NCBI RefSeq assembly: GCF_964355755.1 | Contig: NC_092673.1 | Location: 7,874,001-7,938,000, forward strand | Reading direction: 5' to 3' | DNA: 64,000 bases | Origin: Antedon mediterranea | Taxonomy: Eukaryota; Animalia; Echinodermata | In this document: positions 1-13,400 of the stretch, one piece after another | Layout: the number at the start of each line of letters is the position of its first letter | Numbering within the stretch: the first letter of the stretch is position 1 | Notes under the pieces: generated by a model | Told to the model about the DNA's origin: nothing | Databases searched by the model: none | The model's input: the letters and a program-made list of their open reading frames with translations, nothing else | Translations under genes and position numbers: made by a program

Positions 1-108
1 TCTTGTTGCTATACGCTTGGGTGCACACGAAACAAGAACATTTAACTGATGAATTATTCATGTTTATTTTGTGACTTTCACGAGGGGTACCCAACTTATG
101 TACGAAAA

Positions 109-450
109 AAAAAATCGCCGGCGGCTCAACTTGGCCTAATCCATAGGAAGGAGATAGTAGGCTATCGAGGCCTAGGTGAGGCTAGCTCTGGCCTTGCTAG
201 GCCCAGGCCCACTAGCAGGCTAGGCCTAGCCCTCTAGGAGCTACCCACCTAGGCTATAGTTCTTCAAGTCTGAAGTTTGCACTAAATTGGAAGAAAAAGA
301 AAGGGCTAAATAACCCTAGGCTAATTATTTATTAAATATTGCTATAATATACAGTGTTACCTCTCTTAATTTATTGACATTTCCTGTAACAAATATTAAT
401 TTTCTAATCTCTTTCGACATTTTCAATTTTTGTTTTTCGGCTGTTCACAC
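109..450 (+). repeat. Direct repeat copy A (second copy at 4494-4885)
   Basis: aaaaaatcgccggcggctcaacttggcc..ttcggctgttcacac occurs at both sites with a few indels. Confidence 0.9.
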
Positions 451-1463
451 AAAAAATCGAGTGTTGACAAAGTGCGAGGCAGCGAGGCAAGCAAGGCATG
501 CCAAATATTTGTGCGAGGCATCATTTTATCATTTCCAAAAGTGCGAGGCATGCAAGGCATATAGTTTACAATTTCAAAAAGGTGCGAGGCATATCTTAAC
601 GTGCTATTATGCTATATTATAGGCCTAATAATCAATCGATACAAGCGTATCTAAATAGATTCGTGTATACACTCATCATGTTGTTTATTTTTATGTAACG
701 ATTGTTTTTTAATTCAAGTCATATCGTGTCAAATTTTACTTTTACAAAAGTGCCCAAACTACGGTTCAAAAATCTGAACGACAGTCTTCAACTTTCGATA
801 AACAATAATTGTTATAGCGACACACTCATCAAATGACTGCAATGTTTGTTGGCATTTCGAGCGTGTTCACTCACATGGCTCTCGAACATAGCAGAGTGAA
901 AATAATATGTTGTCACACCCCTGCGCCTAGATCCGGTAGACCCGAGAGATGGAAAATCCCTCTTTACTATATAGCAGTAGCGGAATGATTCAGCCCTCAG
1001 CTCAGAGGATTGTGGTGCATTCCCCTCCTATAGCACGTGGTTTCAGCAGCAACGCACAGGCTTCTCTCTGAGCGGCGTGCCAAAGACATTTTTGACATTC
1101 CATTCTCTAGGAACAACACGTGTACCTCTCTCGCAAATAAGGTGAACAGCGATTGCCAGGACAAGTTCAATAACTGGCGGTGAATAAAAGGTAACTGATA
1201 TGCCGATCCAATAACATGCCGCAAAGAAAAACAAATTGCGACAGAATTCTGGAGCGCGTGTGAAAAAAGACTTACGTCCGACAATTGTAATACTAGGCCT
1301 AAAATTAAACTTTAGCTAATATGCTTAGCCCTAACCTAGATAAGAGGCCTATGTAGAAAATAATTTAATCAATTTTGATATAATAATAATTGGTGTAATA
1401 TTTAATAATGATACACTATTCCTGTTTTAGTAAGCTAGGTATATTGCGAACGATTTGTATTTA

Positions 1464-2219
1464 CGCCGTGGTTAGGATTCCGGCACCGGAACTCAACTGC
1501 CCAGCGTTAGGGAATCCGACACGCTATTGCGCATGCCCAGAGCGAAGTAATTATAGCTTTGCACTTTACCGCGCACCACCACACCACCGGCGAGAGTCGG
1601 AGAGTGTTAGGGATTTACTGTAGCCTATTGCTGCCTATAGTTAGTCGTTGCGCGAGCGAGAGAGCGATGGATGAAACTTCCTTGGCCTAGCCTAGCCTAG
1701 GCCATATGAATTAATAATTAAAATACCACTACGCCACGCGTTAAAATAATTATTATGATATTGATAAGAATCAGCCTATCTATCTAAGAATCGTAAGGCT
1801 GTAATTTTATTAGACAGAGTGAATAGCGTAGCGACCCCGACTTCCCGAACGGTTCTGTTTTTTTCACATCATATCTGCGTGGCGGCTGCCGTCAACAAAT
1901 CAACTTGTATACGCATGTTATTACAGTATAATGCGTTATATGAAATCTTTTATTTTGTACTTGAAAAATCATAAAACTAGTCAGGAAGCAACCATTTTTT
2001 TAATTACGAAATAAATAGGCCCCTGGTCACATTTAGCTGGTAGGCATCTAGGCTAGTTCGCCGTGGCGCAGCTATAATCCATCGCTGTTTATAGTCTGCT
2101 GTAGATGGATGGATCGAGTATAGAGTCGCCGATTACCTCACTCTGGGCATGCGCAATCGCGTGCCGGATTCCCCAACGCTGGGCAGTTGAGTTCCGGTGC
2201 CGGAATCCTAACCACGGCG
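1464..2219. mobile_element. MULE-like MITE with about 80-bp TIRs and a 9-bp TSD
   Basis: cgccgtggttaggattccggcaccggaactcaactgcccagcg is inverted at 2141-2219; TSD ttgtattta at 1455-1463 and 2220-2228. Confidence 0.85.
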
Positions 2220-2356
2220 TTGTATTTATTGTTGTCCATGTACGTACTAATAAACCTGGCGCTAGTTTCCTTCGCTTGTATTTTTACTCCAAATTTGATA
2301 ACTAACTTTATCGTGTGAATACCACACCTTAGAAGTATACCTCATGAGTACTTTAA

Positions 2357-3587
2357 CCGATTCACCACGATAAGCGCTTAAAGCGCTCAAAAGGTTAAAA
2401 GTCAAGGTCATTGTAAACAAATTATCAACAACAAAAAAGTAAATCGAATTTACATGCGCAGTTTGCTGTGCATGAATCGTAACAACAAATTATACAAAAT
2501 ACTCACAACTTCTTTTTTAAAAATATGCTTCTAAATATATAAAAACAATTGTTGAAGTTAGTTTGAAAATAAAATTCGAAAATATAACCGTTTTTCGAAG
2601 CACGCTGTTCGAAACGCGACAGGCGCGTTGAATGAATCTAGGCCTAAACATACAACGTAAAATCGTCTAAAATCCATCTTTATTTCTGATAATCACTATT
2701 TTGAAGCTTGTATACAATAAATGTATAATAAATAAAGATTATGTATCAGTTACAGTGTCTAAATCGTCATATTTCCATGTAAAAATGTGATTTTTCTACC
2801 GGAGAAAAGTCGTGAAGATGTCCTCACTAGGGCCGCGCCATATTGTTTACCTTTGATTGTAATATGAACCCTGACATGTCAGATGCATTATGGGCATGAA
2901 ATATTTGTTCAAACTCTGCGCAAAGGTCAGTTTATTGAAGCATAACTTTTGACAAACATTTTGATACCAAACTTGTTTTAATTTCATAAGTTTTCGACGC
3001 ATTTTCGTCAAATTTTCTGCAAGCTACACGTCTAAAACAGCGGACTAAGCTCCCGAGGGATGCCGGTGCGCGTGAGAATCCCGAATTCCAAGTCGCTTTC
3101 GGGATGTTTTTTTTAACATTCCCGGTGAACAAACAGCGGCGACGACGCTCTCGGGGCGGCTCCCGATAGGCCTAGGCCCCATATGGTCATCGTCGGATGA
3201 GTCAGTCTACTAATTTCTTCATAATTTCGAAACCGGTCATTCATAATGGTCAAGTTTGGTCTTATTTTGAAGAGAAGAAATAGGTTCTGATGAAGAGATG
3301 AGTTTTATTATGAAATATTTATTAATTTTTGTGCATTTGGTAGTCAAAGATAAATTACAAATTTTTAATAATTTTCCTAAAATATTTCTAAAATTTGCAT
3401 AATCCATACTCCGCCAAAATAAGTTGTAACACAAATTTGATAACATATTTGGAAATAAAATGTCCTTTGCATTATTTTTGTTTTTTAATTTTTTTAATGT
3501 CTGTGTTTAGAAAAAAAGTTAGGGTTAATTATATGACATATGCTTTTTGGGTCCCAGGGGAGCAAAATAAACTTAGGGGTCAATGGG
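2357..3587. mobile_element. piggyBac-like non-autonomous element with TTAA TSD
   Basis: TTAA-CCGATTCACC at the left end and GGTCAATGGG-TTAA at the right end. Confidence 0.55.
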
Positions 3588-4250
3588 TTAATGAAAGAAT
3601 CACATAAAAAGTAACAAATAAATCCTTAAATTAATGATTTTACAGGCGTGTTTCTCGCACACTGTTCGCGAATTTCACTTATTCAATGTTCAATATTTTT
3701 GTTTCTATGGAGCGCCAAAAGAGCAACGATAATAGAGGACTAAAACTCAGTGGAATGCGTCAATTTCTCATGCATTTATTGGTGAAAAACACGTTTTATT
3801 TCAATATATTTGTTAATTTGTCAATAAAAATGTTGTAATATGTTACTGCTGATACTGTTCTGTTTTCAAAGAATAATAATCGATCCTAAATCAACATCAC
3901 TACCTAGTCTAGACCTAGGACATTCTACTAAGGATATTATGATGAATTTTTCTATTTTATTCTTTAAAAAAAGGTTAACGAAACCGTGTACATTATCAAC
4001 AGTAAAATTTTTCCTTACTGACAGTGACAAAATCTATTGAAATTGTACTTGATTTTCACCAAATAATGCGTTAAATATAAATGGATTCCACAGAGTTTTT
4101 AGCCCTCTAATTAATTTTGCTCTTTTGTCGTTCCATAGAAACCAAAATATTGAACATTGAGTGTGCGAAATGCGAGAAAAACAACGTCTGTAAAATCACC
4201 AATTTAATGGATTTATTGTTACTTTTATGTGATTTTTCTTCATTAAAGTA
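3588..4250. mobile_element. Foldback element with long (about 280-bp) degenerate inverted arms
   Basis: aatcacataaaaagtaacaaataaatcc..tcaatgttcaatattt..tttctatgga is mirrored by tccatagaaa..aaatattgaacattga..ggatttattgttacttttatgtgatt. Confidence 0.75.
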
Positions 4251-4493
4251 GGCCTACTAATTCTAAGCTGTGGTATTCAGGATAAAGTTGGTTAAAATAC
4301 AAGGCAGGTGCAAAAGGAAACTAGCCTAGCGGGCCTAGGCCTAGGCTACTTCAATTTCGGTGATTTCCTGCCTTGCAATTTTGAGAAATGATAAAATGAT
4401 GCCTCGCATTTTTTGATGATGGTAAAACGATGCCTCGCATAAATTTCTGACTTGCCTCGCATGCCTTCCCTGCCTCGCACTTTGTACTACCCC

Positions 4494-4885
4494 AAAAAAT
4501 CGCCGGCGGCTCAACTTGGCCTAATCCATAGGAAGGAGATAGTAGGCTATCGAGGCCTAGGTGAGGCTAGCTCTGGCCTTGCTAGGCCCAGGCCCCCTAG
4601 CTAGGCTAGGCCTAGCCCTCTAGGAGCTACCTACCTAGCCCTCTAGGAGCTACCTACCTAGTTAGGTGCTATATAGGCCTAGTCTTCAAGTCTGAAGTTT
4701 GCACTAAATAAATTGGAAGAAGAAGAAGGGGCTAAATAGCCCTAGCTAGGCCTAGGCTAATTATTTATTAAATATTGCTATAATATACAGTGTTACCTCT
4801 CTTAATTTATTGGCATTTCCTGTAACAAATATTAATTTTCTAATCTCTTTCGACATTTTCAATTTTTGTTTTTCGGCTGTTCACA
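4494..4885 (+). repeat. Direct repeat copy A' of 109-450
   Basis: Near-identical to 109-450, with an extra internal ctaggagctacctacctag duplication. Confidence 0.9.
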
Positions 4886-5189
4886 CTTCTCACACACTCA
4901 CAAACTGCTAGGCCTACGCACGTGTTGCTCTCTCTGGAAATTGTTATACACTATGGAACGCCATTTGTGTCTTTCTGACAATTAAACTTTTCACAAAAAC
5001 ATTTATTACTGAACAGAATATAATTCTTTAGAACATATTCATTTTAAAATTTAAAAATTAAACAACAAATTAATTGGTGTATGTGTCGTCACAAGGTAGA
5101 CTGCTTTAAAAGCAACTTTGATTCTCTCACAAAGTATACAAGAAAGAATTTAAAATGTTATAAACAAATCTGGATGTGTAAACTGCCAC

Positions 5190-5270
5190 TAAAGCTTTGT
5201 CTACATTATCAAACTTGATGTGACAAAAAATGTGATGTGCCCATATATGGACATGATGATGTCATATCTA
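5190..5270. mobile_element. Partial copy of the AAGCTCTGTCTACACTATCAAAC MITE family
   Basis: aaagctttgtctacattatcaaac..tgtgatgtgcccatatatggacatgatgatgtcatatc. Confidence 0.75.
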
Positions 5271-7958
5271 TTACTTTTCTTCATTTTATTTCTAAGTGAA
5301 TAACTTGATTAAAACTATATAAAATAGCCTGTATATTAAGTCCGATGTTTTAATCTTAATTGTTTCTGGTGGATGTATCTAAAATACTGTACTAAAATAT
5401 GAATACAATTTGGAAACTGTTACGGTATATAGTCCTATACTCCGATCCTATAGCCACATATTTTTATTTTGAAAAGACCCACAATAAACATATAATTATA
5501 CAGTAATTAGCAGGCAATCAAATTTCACATTTATTTCCTCATATACAACTATATTACAGCTGCTGTTATATTTACAAGTTTCACATAAATTTTAAAACTA
5601 TAGCAAGACAGAATAACAAAAACGGAAGAACGTTCAATTTGACATGTTCGAAAGGTCATGGAAAACAATAATGTTGCCATATGATATTAAACAAAAAGCA
5701 CTGTTTCTCCATATCCCCATCCAGTTCTAATGCATGTATTGTAATCACAGACAAAAATGGTCATTAATTGGAGGTATTCTTCCAATATTTATATATATTA
5801 TATACAATAATTACTTTAGTACCAATGTTACGCATTTCTATTCAACCTAAATAGGTTAAGTTATAACGAAACGAATCTTAAATAAAGAAATGAAAATGTA
5901 ATATATTACAAGTATTATGTGGAAGAAATCACGTGCATATATGCCTAGTATGTAAAATGGGTTGTGTATTATTTTATAAGATAATGAAATAATAACTGGG
6001 TAAAGAAAATAAAACTTCCGAAATCAAGAAAACATTTGATTTTATAACCAAAATCAACCAAACTAATATTTTATAAATCAGTTCCTAAACACCCTTTAAT
6101 AATCAATGTACAGTAATTTTAAAGTAAAGATAGTAAATAAAAACAAATTAAATCTTATTGAGCCTGCTTAATATAGTATACTAATGAGACACAACGCAAA
6201 TAAGACATGGACGTGTATTGGACGGACATTGCGCATCAGATCGAGAGCTCATCAGGACACTGCCGGCCTAACACATTAACTCAGAACTAACCTTTATTTT
6301 TGCTTGCCATAGTTAAAGTAAGCCCATTGAAATTGAAACGCCACTCAACTGAATGAACTTAAACAATGTAAATAAATATCGAAATAAAAACACTTACTAA
6401 AATATAATAGACCCAATAGATTTTCACTTTTATAATAATGATAGCATTGTAGATATAAGTTTATTTTCAAGACTTTCGGCATCTGACCTTTCAACCTATC
6501 AAATATTTTATACATCAACATAAATACATTCTAAATCGTATGCATATCATTTACACACAAATTTCAAATCTCTAAAAGTCTCTTACTAGCACACACAATT
6601 CGGAAGTAAATAATTATATTACTTAAAACATACAACTGTATATAAAGGAGATACAATTGTACATGGATTCTTCAGTATCAGTGAGGACAAGCAAAAATAT
6701 TCATAATCAGAATAAATATGTCCATCTTTGGTGGCTTTACTAGATAAAGGCATCTAACTTTGCAACTATGTTGCCGTTGTACAACTTACTACATCAGTCA
6801 TTCAAAAATCTACCTTGGTTTTCGACACTTTGCATGTTTTCTAATAGTACAATTATTTAGGCATTTTGTATCGCTAACCATATTTGGGATAATATCCAAG
6901 GACACTTTAAGGAAGAGATTTCTAAAAAACCTCTGCAACATTTTCCTAATGGCATATTTATTTAACAGCACACTAAGCTCTTACGTATCTGTATTTATTA
7001 TAATCCAATGTTGAAGTAGACTACAGTTAACGGCTATACAATTCTAATTGATATGTATAATCCATGTGAACGTTCCCAAAGTATCTGTACACATTTTGAT
7101 TTGATCTAGCAATTGCAGTTAGAGAACATGCATCAACCACATTGCATTTGGCCCTCGGACAGATTAAGAATTGAACCCAGCTTTCTATTTTGTGATTACA
7201 GTACTAACAAAACGTGCATGCTTGAGCCTTATAACAAACCAATCAGGACACGATTGACGCATGTTCTCTAGTAGCACATCAACCTAGCACTTAATTTATC
7301 TAAAAATCAAATTGCACACCCTACCAATAACTTCTTCAAACCTCTGGAATGTGTACATATTAGCACCTAATACTCCATACACTTCCTCAACCAAAGAGGT
7401 ATAAATCTCAATACATTCTCAATTTGTTTTGCAAAAATAAACATACATACAGAAAGCTTGACACCTCTTAATTTCAAGTACTCATATACATATATAATAT
7501 ATAATAGATTATTAAAACATTACAGTTTTACTGCACACTTTATACTGCACCTTTTAAAAGTGGAGAACAGATTGCATAATTGTAGCCTGGTTTTCATCAA
7601 TAGGCCTAGTATTTAACACCACTCATACGCACTTAAATTGGAATGACAACAGCCAAATGAGTCACTGTGAAGTAATCTCAATACATAATAATAAGCTGAA
7701 AATAAAGTGGTATAAATTTAAATGACGTAATTCAATTATCGTTACACACATTTTACTGCCATTGTCAGGGTGAACGCTTTATGAAAACCAGGCATCAAAT
7801 TCACAAAGCTCCAAGACATTTGGAAGAATATTTCATGCAAGCACCACACAAGAAGGAGACTGATCCCTGACATACTGTGGAGATGTTTCTATGCTATCAA
7901 TATTAATTCTTAAATATTATTTTGTTCATTTGTACAGGAAAGTATCTTTAAATTTATG

Positions 7959-10495
7959 TCATGAATTTTGTTCTCTTAATTTTCTTTTATCATTTATATG
8001 AGTCAATACCATGGCAGTTTCTGTTAGAAGAGACTCCATGATGCCATCTGCCAGCTGCATCTTGACCGTAACCTCATCATCGTCATAGTTCACCCATTCT
8101 GGTTCTTCTTCCCTCAATTCCTGGATTAAAATCTCATCAACATGATCCTTTTTCTTTTTACTATATTTCAATGAAAATCCATCTGTTTTCTTTTTCTTTT
8201 CAAGACCTAATAAAAGTTTAACATGACCATTTATCATATCGTTTAACTCCTCATTCTGATTAGATCCCTTTCCTACATTGTACTTTCTTGGTCGCCTCTT
8301 TTGTTTGATCCATGGTGGATGTGTTACTGACATTTGCTCAGACAGAACATCTTTGTAAACTTCATTCGACAAATCAAATAGTAACGTTTTGTAAGATTTC
8401 TTGCTAACACTTTCGATATCACTGTCTTTTGTGTCATCTCCCAATATTGATGCTGAAGGAACGACATCGTCAAGAGATTCTTCAAGAGCTTTTTTATGAA
8501 TAAGTTCATTTACACTTTTTGACACAATTGTGCTAACATCTTCTTTGTTATGTGGTACAGCAAAGAACAGTTCTTCTGTAATCTTTTGAATCTCTTTCAG
8601 TTTACTCAGTTCAATGGTAGAACTAGTCTCTTGTTTTTTCTGATCATCTTTGTTACGCTTAGGCACTTCAACCAGTGATTTTGTTTTTGGCATTGAACTA
8701 AAGTCATCATCAAACCACTCTTGCTCACCAAATATGTCTTTATCCATTAGATGCTGATCCAATAGTTGCATTTGCTCCATTCGATCACTAATGTCAGGAC
8801 TGCTACTACGAGAATCATCAATCTTTGGGGAATCTGGAGGCGCAAAGACATCATGGTCTACATCTTTTGGATCTGATGTAAGAGACTTTGTTGGTGACAA
8901 CGGTGGAAGTGAATATATACTATTTATTGCATCATTATCATTAGTTGGTTCTTTCTTTTCAGTATGGATTTCTTCAGGTATATCTGATTTTACTTTTTCA
9001 AATTCATCATTGTTGGTTTGTATTGTTCTCTGATTATTAAAGTCTTTCTCTAGAAACTCACCTACACTAACATCAATCACCTTTGCACCTTCTATATCTT
9101 CATCAATATCATCTTTTCTTTCAGAATGCAAAGCAATGGATTGTTCAACTATTTTACTATCTCTTTTCTTTCGTATAGCAATCATCATTCCTATTGCATC
9201 TCCAACAATATTCTGCATCATTGTTTCTGATTTTTTATCAGCTGTTTTCTCAAATTCTATTTCAATCTCTCTATCAAATTCTTCTTTAGCCTCAGAAAAC
9301 TCATCTACATCAGGAATTTCATGTTCATCATCTTCATACTTCAACACATCTGCAATTCGATCTTTTGAAATGTCTACCAGACTCCTTGTGAAGTTATCAG
9401 TAATCTTTTCTACAACAGCTTCCATACCAACTGTTACAAGACCAACCTCATCTTTCGGTATGTCTTCAATGTTTCTTGGTGTATCATCTAATTTGAACAC
9501 CTCCTTATTTTTTGGACTAAAAATATCATCACTTGATTTTTCATCATCATCTTCAAAATTAAATGATTCAACTGCAGATGCAGCAGACCTGATAATCATG
9601 TCTAAAGCAGCATCATCTGTAATTGGACCAGAGAACTCCTCTGCCATTGAATTTTCATCTTCTATGTTTTCTTGAAGACTGTCCAACCTGGAATTTGACT
9701 CTGATGTATCTGTTCGACTTAACTCTGCTTCTTCTAATATTCCAGAATCTGTTTGTGGTTTTGGAGTGGGCACATCGACAAGTGGAGTTGTGACTTTATT
9801 TTGTGGTTGATCTTCTGTTACTGTGTGTTCACTTGCTGCACTCTGCAGCTCTTCAGCGATGCTTATTTCAGATTCTGACCCCGACAACTGCCTTCTAGGA
9901 CTTGTTTTTGGTTGATCAGAAGCTTCAGTGTTTAACACCTTTGGTTGGTCATCTTTTGGACTAACAATAATCTCTGTTGGGACCTCTGGTTCCTCATCCG
10001 CGACATCACTGCTGAAGCTCAAGTGTTCACTAATGTCTTCTTCTGTTGCTGCAGCCTTGCTTTCAGACTCAAATTCTTCACTGTAATGACTTTTATAAGA
10101 TACCACACCTTTAGATGAGTTTGCTGACAAAATTCTATGCAGTTCTGACACTGCAGAATTATTTGAATTTTGTCCTTCATTCTCTGATAAATTGTCATCT
10201 TTGATGCTGTCTTCCCTAGCTGGTGATTTCTGAATTGGCATATTCTCTTTTACACCACCAGTTGAAATGACAACAGCATAAGACCCCTGAGAAGAAATTG
10301 CTTCAGAGATGTTTTCTTCGATTTCTTCACCATCTTCTTCATTAAAAGTATTGTCTTTAACAGTTTTAGTTTCTGTTTTTAACAAGTCTGTCACTTTCTC
10401 ATTTGCTTTATTGTCTTGTCGGCTTGATGGAGATTCTTCTGTTTTGATAATGAGATCATCATGCTTTGGACTTGGAGTAAACGTCAAACCAAATC
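7959..10495 (-). CDS. CEP350: CEP350 terminal exon (acidic low-complexity region plus conserved C-terminal DUF4378-like domain)
   Basis: 842-aa ORF; acceptor ttcag ends at 10496; stop TGA at 7961-7959; conserved C-terminus EEEPEWVNYDDDEVTVKMQLADGIMESLL. Confidence 0.9.
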
Positions 10496-13400
10496 CTGAA
10501 ACACAACGAGATAAAAATAATAGTAATAATACTCATCATATCGATTAATTTAATACAAACAAATATATACATATATATATATTTAGAAATTCAAAATTGG
10601 TAATAATTAATAAAAAACTGTACCTCTATAAGATGCTGTAGATGATGGAGTAGCTGATGGGTTTGGACTGTGGTCTTCATCAAGACTTGAATGGCTACTT
10701 TCCGACTCTCTAGCCTGCCTGGTTGGTGTAGTGTCAAGAGTTATACTACTCTCGGACTTTGTACGCTGTCTTGTCAGGCCAGGAACAGTACGATCTTTAC
10801 CTTGGCCTGGTTGCTTGATCTGAGGCTTGACGGCTCCTTTTGCCAGCTCAGCATCTGCGTTTAATTCCCTCTTGGTTTTCTCAATGAATTTTTCATAGGC
10901 CTATAAAATAGTATAAAAAATTAGCCAATTATGGGAGTGGTAAGACTGCATGTAAGACACTGCAAGGTTTGTAACCTCTGACCCCTATATAGCCAATGCT
11001 CTAGACAAAATGATTTAATTCCCACCTTATTAGGTTGACTTACCTCTAATTGTTTTCGTAAACTAGCCTCTTGAACTTTCAATTTTTCACGGTATTTCCG
11101 CTTTTGCTGCTTGCGGAGTCGTTCAGCCTCAGATTTACGACGTTTTAGCTGGTCATTCAGTGCTCTAAGTCTTCCTTCAACATCACTCTGATCAGATGCA
11201 GTTTCTAAGTAAAAGAGTAAAAAAAGAAGAAGTTAGATTTAGCTTTTTTTTTTGTATCTCCATTGAGATCCAGCCACTGATACCCACAGCATTGTAATTT
11301 TTTCAGTAATTTGTCTTTTGTTCCGCCGTACCACGGCAAGAATGTTAAAGAGTCGCTATCCAATCGAGTTTGACCAATACCAATTAATGGTTAGGACATC
11401 TGCATATCAAGCAGGCGATCCGAGTTCGAGTCTCGGTTGGGGCGACTTTTTCTCATTCTCACAGATTTCCTCATCTTTATCGATTCAAATTAATTAATTA
11501 AATTTCAGTCACCGGGCGGTTTAGAATTAATGTTCATTACCTGATGTGTATATTTATATATATATATAATGGGTGACGATCATAAAAAACAGTGCTAATT
11601 GTTCTTTAGATTTCCAAAATTTGTCAGTATGAAACTTAGATTGAGATAACTTTACAAAATTTTTTTTTTCAATGAAAACACACATAATGCATTATAATCA
11701 TGGGTATAAATTTAAAATTTACCTGACATTGTCTGTGAGAACGACCTTTCTGATTCAGACCCACTTTCAGACTCTCTTCGTTTCCAAGGTGCCATTGGTG
11801 ACCTTAGAGATTCAAGCGACATTAATGAACCAATTGGAGATTTGATGACACCCTTCCTGGTGCTTGTGGATTTTGGGGTAATGGAAGTATCAGCTGTGTC
11901 AAATTGATCCTGACTATAATCTGCCATGGAACTACGAGAGAGGACATCGTCTATTTCACTTGGTATCGAACTGATATAAAAAGAAAATTATTACTATTAT
12001 AACACTCAATAAATATATTCAACTGAAATTTACAAATCTAATACAGTTGTCTTTCTAAGATAAAAAGCATACAAATGCAGAATGTTTATGAGTTGAATCG
12101 GGAGAATATTTCATGAGTTTCAAGATTTACGAGGAGCTAAACAGAACAGTTAATTTTTCCAAATAATGAAATATTTACCATTCAATGAATACACAATATT
12201 TATTATTTGTTTCTAAAGTAAACTTTTATTCAATTAATCGACTGCTTTCATCTTAAATCAATATCAAAGGCTAGGCTAATCTTTTATGTTGAGTAAACAA
12301 CTGCAAATACTACAGGTTGATTTTCAATCACAAATCCGTCAACAAATTCGCCAGGCAGAAAATTCTCAAAGTGTTTACAAAAGCTGAATGTTGATTGTAG
12401 GTGAAATTACACTTAGCATTTCACTTAAGTGTGAATGTAGAAGCTATAAAATAATCATCAATTACTCTTTCTTACCTATGTTTACTTGTGCCATGATCAG
12501 TCATACCTTCTTCTGCTATACTGCTTGCCATGCTAATTTCCTCAGCAATAGAAGTCTCACCAGCCTTTTCTTCTTCTACCATCTCACCAATGGTTGTGTC
12601 ACTCTCATGAGATATACTACGTGTAAGCCTAGGTTTAGGAGGTGTCTTCTCTTTCTTGGTTTCGCCATCCTCCAGAAGATTGAGTGCTTGCTTCTCTATC
12701 CTAACAACCTTTGCTTCCTCTTCATCAAGCTTTTGCTTCCATGCTAAGAGTTCCTCTGCAGTCTTTCTTCTTCTGTTCAACTTTTGCTGTCTTTTCATCA
12801 AATGTCTATACAAAAGGATCAAAAGTTGTAAGTAAAAGCTAATGAATAGTACAGTGTGATGAATATTTTTAAAAGTATAAACCTATACTATTGTTTTTGT
12901 TAAAGATGTTGTAGTAGTGAAGGTAGAATTTACATTATACACATGTATATTATCTATTATTCAAATAATGAATAAATAATAAAATTGGTAGAAATCCAAT
13001 GTTTTATGAAGAAGAAAGGAAAAATAAATAACCAAATATCAATTTAGTAAACATTGAAGCTAAATTATATTGTTTTTATGATATGTTGAGCTTTCAAAAA
13101 CTTACCTTGAATTTAATGGAGCTTGCATCAACTTCAGTTTCTGTAAAACTTTAGCCTGTTTGTGTGCTGCCATCTCTCTATCTTCATTCTCTCCCCCAGG
13201 ACTAGAGAGTCTGGTAGAGTCCAACCCAACTGACGAATCAATGGTTAGATTACTTGGATCTTCATCAAGAGCCAGTCCATCATTTGATGACATCTCTGAC
13301 ATGGAACTAATTGAAATATCACCCATGCGACCTTTAAACTCTTTGGTTGATTGACGTATCCGTAAAATTTCCTGCTGTTGGTAAATAAGAAGCTGTCTGT

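Larger units (their letters stand above)
459..4493. mobile_element. Non-autonomous TIR DNA element (hAT-like, 8-bp TSD) carrying nested inserts
   Basis: Inverted ends acaaagtgcgaggcag / ctgcctcgcactttgt with repeated TGCGAGGCA subterminal motifs; aaaaaatc on both sides (451-458, 4494-4501); no transposase ORF. Confidence 0.65.

Noticed and set aside
3186-3240. Hammerhead-like words (GGATGAG..GAAAccggTC)
   Set aside because: No stem II or stem I pairing and the core is mismatched.
8791-9675. Plus-strand Ser-rich ORFs (80 and 179 aa) and similar antisense ORFs over CEP350, dynamin and Gypsy
   Set aside because: Shadow ORFs antisense to real coding sequence.
11385-11445. Functional tRNA gene
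   Set aside because: No intact acceptor or D stem, atypical anticodon loop, embedded in a repeat.
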